Position numbers and translations under genes: made by a program. A DNA stretch of 64,000 nucleotides. Origin: a virus. Positions 18,473 through 28,355 of the stretch are shown here, piece after piece (position 1 is the first letter of the stretch; each line of letters begins with the position of its first letter). The stretch spans positions 16,524 through 80,523 of IMG/VR virus record IMGVR_UViG_3300017991_000008. One strand, written 5' to 3'. The notes beneath the pieces are model-generated. The model was not told where the DNA came from. It was given only the letters and a program-made list of their open reading frames with translations, and did not search any database.

Positions 18473-18814
18473 ATGGCGGAGATCACGAGATACAGTGTCT
18501 ATAGAAACAGCTTGGAACGAACCGACGAAGATGGGAATCTGTACACTACTGACGCCGAACCGTTCCTGTATGTGGATTTGCCTGACAACAGTGAACACAT
18601 CGTCTCAGATGGCGAGCAATGGTGGGACATAGCCCACATATACTGGCATCCAATACCGCAAGCCAAGAGCTACTGGCGTTTCATTGCTGAGTTTCAGCCC
18701 GAACCTGTCACCGATCCGTTTATACCACCCAAAAAGGGAACGACTGTCTACGTTCCATCAAAAGACACCTTTGAAAAGAAAATACTTGGTTCAAGGACCG
18801 GGGTCACGTTTTAA
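18473..18814 (+). CDS. LysM-like / tail X baseplate protein
   Basis: HIVSDGEQWWDIA..YW...YWR.IAE...P..DPF..P..G..VYVP. Confidence 0.75.
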   Translation: MAEITRYSVYRNSLERTDEDGNLYTTDAEPFLYVDLPDNSEHIVSDGEQWWDIAHIYWHPIPQAKSYWRFIAEFQPEPVTDPFIPPKKGTTVYVPSKDTFEKKILGSRTGVTF

Positions 18815-20145
18815 TGTGGAGGGGAGGACCAAGGATCTGGATCGGCTCTATCCAGAGTGACGAGGGTGACGGTCCTTTGGAGGTTTTTCGAGACCGATTG
18901 ATTAATTTCAAATTCCACGACAAGGATAAGGGGGTAGACAAGGCGGAATTTGTCCTTAAGAACGAAGATCGCTATTGTTTGGACTTGCCCCATCTAAGAA
19001 ACGGAGAAAAGTTTCTACTTGCGTGGGGTTGGGCCGATGAAATGTGTATTCCTAGACGGATGATAGTTCAAAAAGGTGGACAGACGGGGACCAATTTTAC
19101 GGTCAAGGCAAAGGATGAATCTGTCCTAATGGACAGAAAAAGACAGTTCCAATCATGGAGCGGAGCCAAGGACTCGGATGTGGTTCGGGAAATCTTCGCA
19201 TTTAATGGCTACGAAGGTCTCTTGGCGGACATAGTGGAGACTGAGACAGTACGGGAAACCATAACACAGAACCGTTCAGACGCCAGGATGATCCAGAAGT
19301 TGGCAAATCGAAATGGCTATGTGTGGTGGATCGATGCAGCAGGAGCTCATTTTACACCCAGACCCATGGCATCGGAACCTACCAAGTGGTTCACATATAG
19401 GGGATACTATGACGGTGATGGGTATCTGATTTCTGAGCCACAGATAGATGCCAACCTTTCGAAGGATCTGGCCAAGGTACGGGTTTCAGCAATCGACCCG
19501 TATACACACGAAGAGGTCTTTGCCGAGGCCGGTGCTGCGGATGAGGAAGAAACACTGGGGGAACATATCGCACGGCACATTGCAAGTCTTGGAGAAGAAC
19601 AAGAGGTAGGGGATCCAGATAACCCAGTCGGAAACCGGCAAGCTCGAATATCACGACAGGAATCCGTGAATCTGGGGATAGCCACACAGCAGGAAGTAAC
19701 CGAAGCAGCGGAAGCCATGTATCGAGAGGTTGCTGGTGGTCGATACAAAATGAATGTGTCTATCCGGGGGGAACCCCTCCTGGGTGCCAAGATGCTGATT
19801 GGTCTAAGAGAGTATGCCGAGGCATTTGACGGCCTGTACTACGTCAAGGAAGCCATTACCTTTATAGGGAACGGAACTTACAAGCAAGACCTAGTGACCA
19901 GACGGGATGCGCTTGGAAAAATACACTCTAAAAACATACTGAAAATAAAAAAGAAAAAGAACGAACCCGAGGACAACAAAGAGCCACCACCGAAGGAGTC
20001 TTTGGAGCGTGTGGCCGTTTGGGGAATTGGGGATAATAACGAACCTGTAAAAATGTGGGCCTATGTGGACAAGCAGGGTGAGTCCCATTACTGGGATCAA
20101 ATGACACCGACAGAGGCTTCACAGAATCAATTGCCAGGAATTTAG
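18814..20145 (+). CDS. Baseplate hub protein (P2 gpD / late control D-like)
   Basis: QSD.R.IQKLA.RNGY.WW, GEP.L.A...I...F.GLYYVK...F..G.Y.Q.L. Confidence 0.85.
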   Translation: MWRGGPRIWIGSIQSDEGDGPLEVFRDRLINFKFHDKDKGVDKAEFVLKNEDRYCLDLPHLRNGEKFLLAWGWADEMCIPRRMIVQKGGQTGTNFTVKAKDESVLMDRKRQFQSWSGAKDSDVVREIFAFNGYEGLLADIVETETVRETITQNRSDARMIQKLANRNGYVWWIDAAGAHFTPRPMASEPTKWFTYRGYYDGDGYLISEPQIDANLSKDLAKVRVSAIDPYTHEEVFAEAGAADEEETLGEHIARHIASLGEEQEVGDPDNPVGNRQARISRQESVNLGIATQQEVTEAAEAMYREVAGGRYKMNVSIRGEPLLGAKMLIGLREYAEAFDGLYYVKEAITFIGNGTYKQDLVTRRDALGKIHSKNILKIKKKKNEPEDNKEPPPKESLERVAVWGIGDNNEPVKMWAYVDKQGESHYWDQMTPTEASQNQLPGI

Positions 20146-20712
20146 ATGAACGGACCATTCAAAGGCTTTATTGTAAAAAGAGAAAAGGATCCAGCAGACG
20201 ACCCAGAGTGCGCCGACATGGACGTCATAGGGCGTGTCAAGGTTCGTATACCGGGCAAACTGGAAGAGAGTGCCTGGGCTTGGCCTATGAACGCAGGTGG
20301 GGCGGAATTGTTTGGTCGTAACCATGTACCACCACGAGGGGCCATGGTAGACGTGTTTTTTGTAGATGGAGACCCGGACAAATTACAATGGTCACCCGGA
20401 TCACATACCAGGGATCAAGTCTTTCCGGAGTTTGAACACCCAGATGTGACGGTGGAAGGAGATAAAAACTTTCGATTTGTACACGACCGCAGAGAGGGTC
20501 AACGATCAGCGGTCTTTAAAGTGGTCAAGCCAAATACCAGCGGTGTGGACCAAGATGTAATAGAACTTCGGTTTGATATTGAGGGCCACGGTGTGCGTCT
20601 GTATGCTATGACAGGGTTACAGCTCGAAACACTGGGTGACATGGATCTTAAGGCTAACGGCGAAGTACGAATTCAGGGACGTGTGGTGTCAAAGAAGAAC
20701 GGGATGATTTAA
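20146..20712 (+). CDS. Baseplate central spike (gpV / gp5 OB-fold)
   Basis: DP....IGRVKVRIPG...S.WA.P, VPP.G..V.VFF..GDPD. Confidence 0.85.
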   Translation: MNGPFKGFIVKREKDPADDPECADMDVIGRVKVRIPGKLEESAWAWPMNAGGAELFGRNHVPPRGAMVDVFFVDGDPDKLQWSPGSHTRDQVFPEFEHPDVTVEGDKNFRFVHDRREGQRSAVFKVVKPNTSGVDQDVIELRFDIEGHGVRLYAMTGLQLETLGDMDLKANGEVRIQGRVVSKKNGMI

Positions 20713-21494
20713 TGGCTTTCTCCTGGAATATAAAAGACAACCTGATTTGCGCCGAGCTCCCGGACTGGAATATTTCTGATGACATTTGTTTTCCAGGTGG
20801 AGCATGTCTTTCCAACATAATACAGAAGATCCAAACGATACCGGCGCCATCAGAAACAATACTGGGTTATCTGGGACAACTCGGGCCAGCAATGTCGTTT
20901 TTAAATCCGTTTTTTAGCCAGCTCGAGACTGTGTTGGCAATCTTTCGATGTATTGAGGCTATTACCGATTTTGCTACGAGCCTTGATCCGTCTGGTGTTT
21001 TGGAATGTGTGCCGGAGTTGGTAGAGAAGATCAACAAGTTGCTTGACCTGATCGCCCAACTGGCGATTCCCCGAATGGTCATTGCCCTTATAAAAGTTAT
21101 TGCCGATTTACTCCGCTTTTTGGCAAACGACCTTGAATACATACAGGACAAAATACAGGACATTTTAGATGCCATCGATACCGCATCCGACATGAACGAT
21201 GTGAAGTTGGGTGAACTACTGGCCTGTGCTCAGACCAACATGGAAAACCAGTTGATGACCACAGCGGATGCCTTGAGGTCGATCGGTCGAATAATTCTTC
21301 TCTTGAATATATTACTTGGCTTAATAGGTGGTCCTGAGATACCCTGTTTTGGAGAGCTGCTTGCAGATCCGAATCTCTTGGACGAAGCTATTGACTTGCT
21401 CCGGGAGTTGGCAAACCTACTGGATGAGCTAGTTGCCTTAATACCGGATCCACAACTGGCCATCACTTTAGCCCTGGGAGAACAACGATGTTAG
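20712..21494 (+). CDS. Hypothetical helical, acidic, Cys-containing baseplate-region protein
   Basis: Coupled ORF between spike and gp25. Confidence 0.6.
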   Translation: MAFSWNIKDNLICAELPDWNISDDICFPGGACLSNIIQKIQTIPAPSETILGYLGQLGPAMSFLNPFFSQLETVLAIFRCIEAITDFATSLDPSGVLECVPELVEKINKLLDLIAQLAIPRMVIALIKVIADLLRFLANDLEYIQDKIQDILDAIDTASDMNDVKLGELLACAQTNMENQLMTTADALRSIGRIILLLNILLGLIGGPEIPCFGELLADPNLLDEAIDLLRELANLLDELVALIPDPQLAITLALGEQRC

Positions 21495-21850
21495 GAACCG
21501 GAATCATTTTCCCAATTCAGCTGGATGGAAAAGGGGATCTTGGCAAGGGTACCGGTCGAGATCTCATGGTGACAAACCTAACTCTTCTTTTTGGAATCGA
21601 GAAAGGGGAGTGTCAGTGGGACGGCGATCTGGGAATGGAACTAAAAAAGCTGAAACACATGAAGATGGTAAAGCTCGCAGGCAAGGCGATTATAATTCGA
21701 CAAGCTACTGACCAGATAAGAAAATATGCGGTTGGTTACGTGGTAACAAATGCCAAGCCAGAAATAAGTGGAAACGAGTCAAAAGTCTCGATAGAAGTCG
21801 GTGAGCGTGCTAATATGGCTAAAAGGCTAACAGCGGAGGTCAAAATCTAA
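21488..21850 (+). CDS. Baseplate wedge gp25/gpW-like
   Basis: G.GI.FP, KGEC.W..DLG..L; immediately before J. Confidence 0.75.
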   Translation: MLGTGIIFPIQLDGKGDLGKGTGRDLMVTNLTLLFGIEKGECQWDGDLGMELKKLKHMKMVKLAGKAIIIRQATDQIRKYAVGYVVTNAKPEISGNESKVSIEVGERANMAKRLTAEVKI

Positions 21851-23355
21851 TGTTTGACATCACAAATCAGGATTTCACGCCCAGGGACTTTCAAGCAATA
21901 GATGCGAGGCTCCGCGATTTACAGGAATCAGTTTTAGAGGATCTTACTGACCCAACCGCTATTGCCGTGGTGAATTACTTGCGTTCGGTGTGTAGTTTTA
22001 CGGGGAGTCTAAAAGACTATTATCTGGCCCAATTAAAGAGAGAATTTTTTGTCCCTACCATGAGAGAGAGAAAGAGTGCCATTCTCCACGGAAAGAGACA
22101 GGGTTATAGTGTGGCCGGGGCCACAGCAGCCACAGCCGATCTGGTTGTAACGGTACAGAACGGACCACTGGCGGGAACGATCCTTATCGGGCAAGGTGAC
22201 AAAGTAAAGACTGCGGATGTGCCCACTTCCGTGCAAGGAGAGATCCAGGAAGACGTCTTGATCGGAGCCGGAGAACTAACAGCGAATCTGAGTTGGAGAC
22301 ATTCGATAACCAGACAGGCCACCTTTACTTCTACCGGCAAGAAAAACCAGACCTTCATGTTACCAGACACACCCTATCTGGACGGGTCGGCTACGGGGGA
22401 GAGTGCGGCAGGGGAGTGGACCCCAGTAGACAACTTCCTGCAATCCAGAGCAGAGGACCGGGTCTTTAGGGTGTTTGTGGACCAGAATAATCAAGCGTTT
22501 CTGAGAACTGGTGACGACAAGAACGGTGCTATACCACGGGGACAAATAACTTTCACCTATGAAACGGGAGGTGGTAAGGCTGGTGAGGTAGATAAAAACT
22601 CATTGACCAAGTTCGTTTCTCAATATTATGACAGTTTGGGAACCAGGGCGATCCTGACTGTGACCAACCCTGCAAAAGCAGAAGGTGGTGAAGATAGGGA
22701 AACTGTAAATGCTGCCAGGATAAACATTCCCAACAACAGGCGATTAAGCAACGGAACTATTGCAGATGAGGACTTCGAGATAAGGGCAGTGAGTGTTGAT
22801 GGTGTTGGACGAGCCCTGTTTTTGAGTGCTGATAGAGACAGTTCAATACCAGTAAACGAAGGAAGAATCTTTATTGTTCCACCGGGTGGTGGAACACCTA
22901 GCCAAGCCACTCTCGATGCGGTGGAGCAGTTGGTCACGGTCACCTATCCCACTATGCCGACCTTCGTTGTGCAGGCTGTACCTGCGGATTATTTAACGAT
23001 CGACATTTACGCAGTGGTTTACCTCACCAAGGATGCTGACGCCGATACTGTAAGAACCACGGTTAACTCCAACTTGGTAACGTGGTTTCAACCACTCAAT
23101 GACGATTTAACACCGAACATGAATGTGGATTTTGGATGGAACTACCGGGATGTGAATGACAACCCGGCAGGACAGATCGCCTTTTCGGATATTTACAATG
23201 AGGTGCGGGACGTATCTGGGATCCGCAAAATAGGTGCAGGGGTGGATCAATTCACCCTGAACGAAAAACACAACGACGTCTCAATCGGCAACTACCAGTT
23301 CCCGGTGCTTGGAGAAGTCGTTTTAATTAACGGAGACACAGGCTTAGAACTGTAA
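21850..23355 (+). CDS. Baseplate J-like protein
   Basis: DF..I...L, RK.GY...ATAA, GG.DRE...AAR, DFE.RA..V.GV.RA. Confidence 0.9.
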   Translation: MFDITNQDFTPRDFQAIDARLRDLQESVLEDLTDPTAIAVVNYLRSVCSFTGSLKDYYLAQLKREFFVPTMRERKSAILHGKRQGYSVAGATAATADLVVTVQNGPLAGTILIGQGDKVKTADVPTSVQGEIQEDVLIGAGELTANLSWRHSITRQATFTSTGKKNQTFMLPDTPYLDGSATGESAAGEWTPVDNFLQSRAEDRVFRVFVDQNNQAFLRTGDDKNGAIPRGQITFTYETGGGKAGEVDKNSLTKFVSQYYDSLGTRAILTVTNPAKAEGGEDRETVNAARINIPNNRRLSNGTIADEDFEIRAVSVDGVGRALFLSADRDSSIPVNEGRIFIVPPGGGTPSQATLDAVEQLVTVTYPTMPTFVVQAVPADYLTIDIYAVVYLTKDADADTVRTTVNSNLVTWFQPLNDDLTPNMNVDFGWNYRDVNDNPAGQIAFSDIYNEVRDVSGIRKIGAGVDQFTLNEKHNDVSIGNYQFPVLGEVVLINGDTGLEL

Positions 23356-25889
23356 TGCTGACACCTGTAATACAGAACCAGGACTTTTCTGAGGCTGGGG
23401 AAAACCCAGGGGACGCAGAGGACTGGTCGTTAACATATAAGGCATCCGGTCCTGGATGGGCCAACTTTGGAGAGAATGGATCCTTGCAACCGCAGGAGAA
23501 TTTTGACTGGTTTGACTGGTTTGCTCAGCTTGTGGGCGCCACAAATAGTCCATATGTTTTAAGCAATAAAGAGATAGCCGTCACCTCTATAGATGACGGT
23601 AACAATGTGTTCGAGGTTGACAATGCCGATCTGCGGTATCTAATACCTCCCGACTCCATAATCCTAGTTGAAACGGTTACCGGAAATGACACCGTGGGCG
23701 GATTTTGGAAAGTAAAAAAAGTCAACAACAAGGGAACGATGGCTATGATCTGGGTGGAAGGGGATGTTATTCTTACACCTCCCACAACTGTGAAGCTGAT
23801 AATTCCACCGACATTCTATTGTGACGTTGATGGATATGGTTGGCCGGCCAGATTAGTCGATATGACTTCCTATCCGGTGGCACCTATAGGAGCCGGGGCT
23901 AAAGCCTACTTCACTGTGAACCGTGGGTCTGTACAAGAGGTCACGTTTGCCGGTGGCGAGACTACGGCGCAGGACGTTGCCGATGTATACAACGCCCAGT
24001 TGTCCGGCGTGACGGCAACTGTTGAAAGCAATGAGTTGGTACTAGAAACAGAATCCAAGGGGTGGAACTCTCATCTGTACGTTGATGCGGGAACATCCGG
24101 GTTGACATATCCAGATTTAGAAGAACAAGGACGCGGTCAGTACGTGCAGCTCTGGGAAGAGTTTTTTGAAAACATGGCAGCGGCGACAGCCGAGGAGATC
24201 GGCATCGTTATGTTTTCCTATTGGCAGCACGCACGGGTTTCACCCAGAGCATCTTCGGACGGTGGGTGGATCAAAGTTATATCCGAGCATCAGGGGACCC
24301 AGGCTAAGCTTAAGATCGCTGGTCCACGAGGAGTTCTCCAGTCAAAGGCTAGTTGGCCGATAGCCCCCAGGGCTGGATTAAATGCGATCCTGTTTTTCGA
24401 GCTTAACGGCACAGATTCCGTTTCGATAACACTAACGACAGGGATAACGACGGCAGAAGAGGCAGTTATCGATATAAAGGCAAAGCTGACCGAATACGAT
24501 CCAACAGCGGACGCAGTGGTAGAGGGGGAACAGATTTATGTCGGTGCCTATGGATCGATAGAGTGTACGGGTGGCGGCGCCAATTTGGATATTGGATTTG
24601 AAGAAGACATTGTTTCGTATGGCGATCCGGTAGCTTTGAACATTGGCTTTTCTGATGGGGAGGTGTTCGGGGAAGATGGCGAGCTCTGCAACGATTTTGA
24701 CGATCTGGTTTATATCGTGGCTTTGTTTGGCGGTGAGGGTGTTGCAGAGCAGTTTGACTGGGGACAGCATTTTGAATCGCTAGAAGAGGCTGGCAGCCTA
24801 CCTGGTGAAATCGAGAATTGGCTACTGGAAGCCAGTACAGCCAACATAGCACAGGTGAACCAAGCAAATAACGAGATTTCGATTCCGACATCCAAGATAA
24901 AGGCTTATCGATTCCGTTCCAAATTAGAGATTTCGGATTCTACAGGCAATGACGGCGAATATACGGTGGACTCTGTGGTCAGCATGGGACTTCTGTCTAA
25001 CATAATATTGGCGGAACAACTACCAGATTCAACGGCGGACGGTGTGGCTTCACCTAAGACCTGGCTACAGGATAATGACACCTTTGAAGATGGCTGGGGT
25101 GGGAACTTTGAGGATGGTTGGAAAAATCCACGGCTGTCCATGGGCAAGGTTTTTGGTGAACCGATATCCTTTCCTTTACAGATAGATGCAAACAGAAATA
25201 TTCTTTGGCTGGCCGTAGAAGAAACAACCATGGTTTCTCTCCAAATCGAAGGCAAGGAGTATCAGGGGATCGGGGAATTGGTGACTGAACTCAATGATAA
25301 GCTGGACGGGGTTGGACTTTTTGGGGCTTTTTCATTTTCCTATTTGGACGGACCAGATGATTCGTATCGTTTGACGTTTGGCTACAATCCCAACGGGGGC
25401 GATTTTAATTCACACGAATCGTTCTTTGCTGTGGAATCTACACGTCAACGTGGAAAAGACATTCGCCCATACATTGGACTAGCAAACCTGTCACCCGAAT
25501 CCAAAGAACGTTTCGTTATTTATCCTCGTTCAATGTTTGATACGATAAACGGAGCAGGTCCCAAGTCCGGAGAACTAACAGACGAGGATGCTTTTTTGGT
25601 GGATCCCTATAGTTGGGTGGCATGGCAGATAGACGAGGATCCCAAGACAGAGATTAAATACGCATTGGAAAACGGTGACAGAATAAGTTCTTTTAACGAA
25701 TCAGAACCTAGTTTGGAAACCTCGTATGTCGAGAATTTTATTATCGATGGGTGGGGTGGGGCAAATATCTATGTTTCCCTGGATCCAGATCTTCCAGAGG
25801 GACCACCGACGTTCAGTGATTTTGGACTTTTTAATGAAGATCCCGGTCCGTCTACAAACTATGAGAGTTTCGAGACCGGGTGGTCATAA
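23355..25889 (+). CDS. Large baseplate/fibre-associated virion protein with repeated modules
   Basis: 844 aa, acidic, ENF/FEDGW repeats, 2-3 copies of the repeated virion module. Confidence 0.6.
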   Translation: MLTPVIQNQDFSEAGENPGDAEDWSLTYKASGPGWANFGENGSLQPQENFDWFDWFAQLVGATNSPYVLSNKEIAVTSIDDGNNVFEVDNADLRYLIPPDSIILVETVTGNDTVGGFWKVKKVNNKGTMAMIWVEGDVILTPPTTVKLIIPPTFYCDVDGYGWPARLVDMTSYPVAPIGAGAKAYFTVNRGSVQEVTFAGGETTAQDVADVYNAQLSGVTATVESNELVLETESKGWNSHLYVDAGTSGLTYPDLEEQGRGQYVQLWEEFFENMAAATAEEIGIVMFSYWQHARVSPRASSDGGWIKVISEHQGTQAKLKIAGPRGVLQSKASWPIAPRAGLNAILFFELNGTDSVSITLTTGITTAEEAVIDIKAKLTEYDPTADAVVEGEQIYVGAYGSIECTGGGANLDIGFEEDIVSYGDPVALNIGFSDGEVFGEDGELCNDFDDLVYIVALFGGEGVAEQFDWGQHFESLEEAGSLPGEIENWLLEASTANIAQVNQANNEISIPTSKIKAYRFRSKLEISDSTGNDGEYTVDSVVSMGLLSNIILAEQLPDSTADGVASPKTWLQDNDTFEDGWGGNFEDGWKNPRLSMGKVFGEPISFPLQIDANRNILWLAVEETTMVSLQIEGKEYQGIGELVTELNDKLDGVGLFGAFSFSYLDGPDDSYRLTFGYNPNGGDFNSHESFFAVESTRQRGKDIRPYIGLANLSPESKERFVIYPRSMFDTINGAGPKSGELTDEDAFLVDPYSWVAWQIDEDPKTEIKYALENGDRISSFNESEPSLETSYVENFIIDGWGGANIYVSLDPDLPEGPPTFSDFGLFNEDPGPSTNYESFETGWS

Positions 25890-25900
25890 CGGAGGCCGTG

Positions 25901-26629
25901 ATGAGCTCACAAGACTGGCAAGAACTAAGCAACTCTTTGGGATCGGGTATTGTAAAAAGGGGCGCAACCGAAGCGATTACACCGCCATCCGGGGGTGGAA
26001 CCCACATGTACGGGATGAACTCGTTGCAGGCAGCCTCGGGAGTGGTGGGTCTTTACTACAATAAAGACAACTTCGCCCCAGCGGTAAAGGGAGCAAGTGT
26101 CCGTGGGGTGGTTCAAAGGGTAGGCGGAGCCAGGGCAACGGGATTTGCTCCATTTCTTTTTCTGTGCCTTAGTGGTGCTGACACAAACGACAAAGGCTAT
26201 CTGCTCGGGCTCGAGGATGTGGATCCGTATCGGATAGTTCTAACCAAGGGAGATTTGCTCACGGGAATACAGGAGACCGCTGACCAAACATACCTAAGAC
26301 GTTCTGATGATCAGTATCGAATTCAAGACGGGGCTGTTCACCAACTACGGCTGGATGCCGTTCTACAACCGAATGGTGACGTGGTGTTGAAGGTTATGGA
26401 GAACGACATTTCTACCAACGATGTGGATAACCCAGTGTGGACACCTGTTGACGGCATGTCCTTGTTCGTAGATGACGTCCTTGGTCTAAACGGCTATCAG
26501 GCGATGGGACTAACAGGGTCAGACGCGGAACCATATTCGGGAGGGTACATGGGTTTCGCCACCACATTCTACAACCAGGTGGCCGTGGCTACGGCGTTTG
26601 ATTACTTGCAATTTAGAAGGCAGGTTTAA
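25901..26629 (+). CDS. Hypothetical tail protein (lectin-like beta sandwich)
   Basis: GGAGG SD before ATG 25901; beta-rich. Confidence 0.6.
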   Translation: MSSQDWQELSNSLGSGIVKRGATEAITPPSGGGTHMYGMNSLQAASGVVGLYYNKDNFAPAVKGASVRGVVQRVGGARATGFAPFLFLCLSGADTNDKGYLLGLEDVDPYRIVLTKGDLLTGIQETADQTYLRRSDDQYRIQDGAVHQLRLDAVLQPNGDVVLKVMENDISTNDVDNPVWTPVDGMSLFVDDVLGLNGYQAMGLTGSDAEPYSGGYMGFATTFYNQVAVATAFDYLQFRRQV

Positions 26630-27078
26630 TGACCCAGGTTTCACCACCGTCCGTTGAGGGCAGAGGATCGGAAAGACCCTTGCCTCCACCTTTATTGGAC
26701 CCGGATTCGGTTGAAGAGGTGCCAGCTTTCATTCAATCACCTGGCACACTATCGGGAAGGGTAGAAAACGCCGATGGCACCTTTTCTTTTGTTTTGGGCG
26801 ATCTTGCTAGCTTGCGGTATGAAGAATTTTTAACCGACGACTATATCGAAGTATGGCAAAACGTGAATTTGACCAAGATGGACAAGGTGATAACCAGCGC
26901 AAATATTCCATCGACTCCGGCTGCAGATGACTGGGCTCTGCAAATTCTGATCGATTCCACGGTTTTTGCAGAGAAGATATTTCCGCAAAGGGTCGAACCG
27001 ACAAAGATTTATCTGACAGCGCCAGTATCGAGACAATTTGGTGTGTCTCGGGTTGCTGTGCGCTTAGTTAGGAGATAG
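26629..27078 (+). CDS. Hypothetical tail protein
   Basis: TAATG coupling; in structural operon. Confidence 0.6.
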   Translation: MTQVSPPSVEGRGSERPLPPPLLDPDSVEEVPAFIQSPGTLSGRVENADGTFSFVLGDLASLRYEEFLTDDYIEVWQNVNLTKMDKVITSANIPSTPAADDWALQILIDSTVFAEKIFPQRVEPTKIYLTAPVSRQFGVSRVAVRLVRR

Positions 27079-27080
27079 AG

Positions 27081-28136
27081 ATGCCAGAGATTGTGATCGA
27101 TGTAGCAGGCGAATCTGCGGGTGTTCCTGGGGTATCTAGGATCTTTCCGTTCTTTAAGATAGACCCCACCGGACCACTGGTGACACTATCACTGGACGAC
27201 AATACTGACATCACTGAATACGACTGGGAACTTATTCCCCCATATGGGTCAAGTGCCGTATTGGACGATCCCACTAGTGCGACACCCACGTTTACTCCAA
27301 CCGGTGGTGTTCCTGGATCTTATCTGGTTTATTGCAGGATCAATGAAGAGTTAGATCTCGACGGCAATGGCGTTGCGTGGCGTACAAAAATTAGGGGAAT
27401 TCGAATACCGGGCCTCGGGGAAACGATTGAGTTCGGATCTAGGGGTTGGGACACAGCAATGCGGAAAGTGATCCAGATAGTAGAAGAGATGGAAGATGGC
27501 GTTCGACAAAGGGCGTGTCTGGATTATGTGGACGCAACGGCAGCTCCACCCACCGAAGTGAGTGGGGACAGATACATTCTAGACGACTCTGGGGCTCCTC
27601 ACGCGGATTGGGATGGTGCCTCGCAGTTGGATATCGTCGAATTCGATGGGGACGTGTGGGTACCACATACACCGGAAGAGGGGTGGATCGCCCTGGTCGA
27701 TTCGGCAGGAAAGGACATGTTGTTCGTCGATGATGGTTCGCCAGCCTGGGAATATCGCCCATTGGCCGAGAAGTTTTTCGATGATGAATACTCCAGCGGA
27801 TCTGTGGCCGGCAGTGGGGGATCCTGGAAACAGCAGGTTCAAACATTGATCGATGCCGATACAGGTCTTTTCCAATTTGTTGGAGTAGAAATGACATCCG
27901 GCACGTCATCGAGTACAGACATTGAGGTCTGGAACGGTGACCCTGATGGTGCTGGAGAGCGGATTTATTATAAATTGGCCAAAGATCTAACCGCAGGTGA
28001 CCATATAGATGCCAGTGTCTGGTGGAATTATAAGCCATTGCAGGTGTCCGGCGAGTTCTATTTGCGCCTGGTAAACCATGGGGCTGCTGCCGCAGAATAC
28101 GATTTCAGGGTTCGGTTTAAAAACGACTCTGAATAA
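27081..28136 (+). CDS. Tail protein with PKD-like and DUF2793-like domains
   Basis: YDWEL.PP.GS.A.L.DPT.ATPTFTP; APPT...GDRYI....A..DW.G...IVE.DG..W....P.EGW. Confidence 0.65.
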   Translation: MPEIVIDVAGESAGVPGVSRIFPFFKIDPTGPLVTLSLDDNTDITEYDWELIPPYGSSAVLDDPTSATPTFTPTGGVPGSYLVYCRINEELDLDGNGVAWRTKIRGIRIPGLGETIEFGSRGWDTAMRKVIQIVEEMEDGVRQRACLDYVDATAAPPTEVSGDRYILDDSGAPHADWDGASQLDIVEFDGDVWVPHTPEEGWIALVDSAGKDMLFVDDGSPAWEYRPLAEKFFDDEYSSGSVAGSGGSWKQQVQTLIDADTGLFQFVGVEMTSGTSSSTDIEVWNGDPDGAGERIYYKLAKDLTAGDHIDASVWWNYKPLQVSGEFYLRLVNHGAAAAEYDFRVRFKNDSE

Positions 28137-28147
28137 GGAGGGAACCA

Positions 28148-28354
28148 ATGTCTTTCGATTTTAACGTAGGAGATACGGTAAACGCCGTTGACGGAAGTCG
28201 GACATTACAGGGAGAAGTGACCCGCATCAACACCAAGATGGTCGAGGATGCCGAGGTGGGGATCGCGGTTGAGATTAAAAGGTCGGGTGGTTCGTGTATT
28301 GAAATACCGGCTGATTCAGAGGGTACTTTTGATCATATAAGCAAGGTGGTGTGA
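28148..28354 (+). CDS. Small hypothetical protein (SH3/KOW-like)
   Basis: GGAGGG SD; F.VGD.V...G.V.RI. Confidence 0.55.
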   Translation: MSFDFNVGDTVNAVDGSRTLQGEVTRINTKMVEDAEVGIAVEIKRSGGSCIEIPADSEGTFDHISKVV

Positions 28355-28355
28355 T

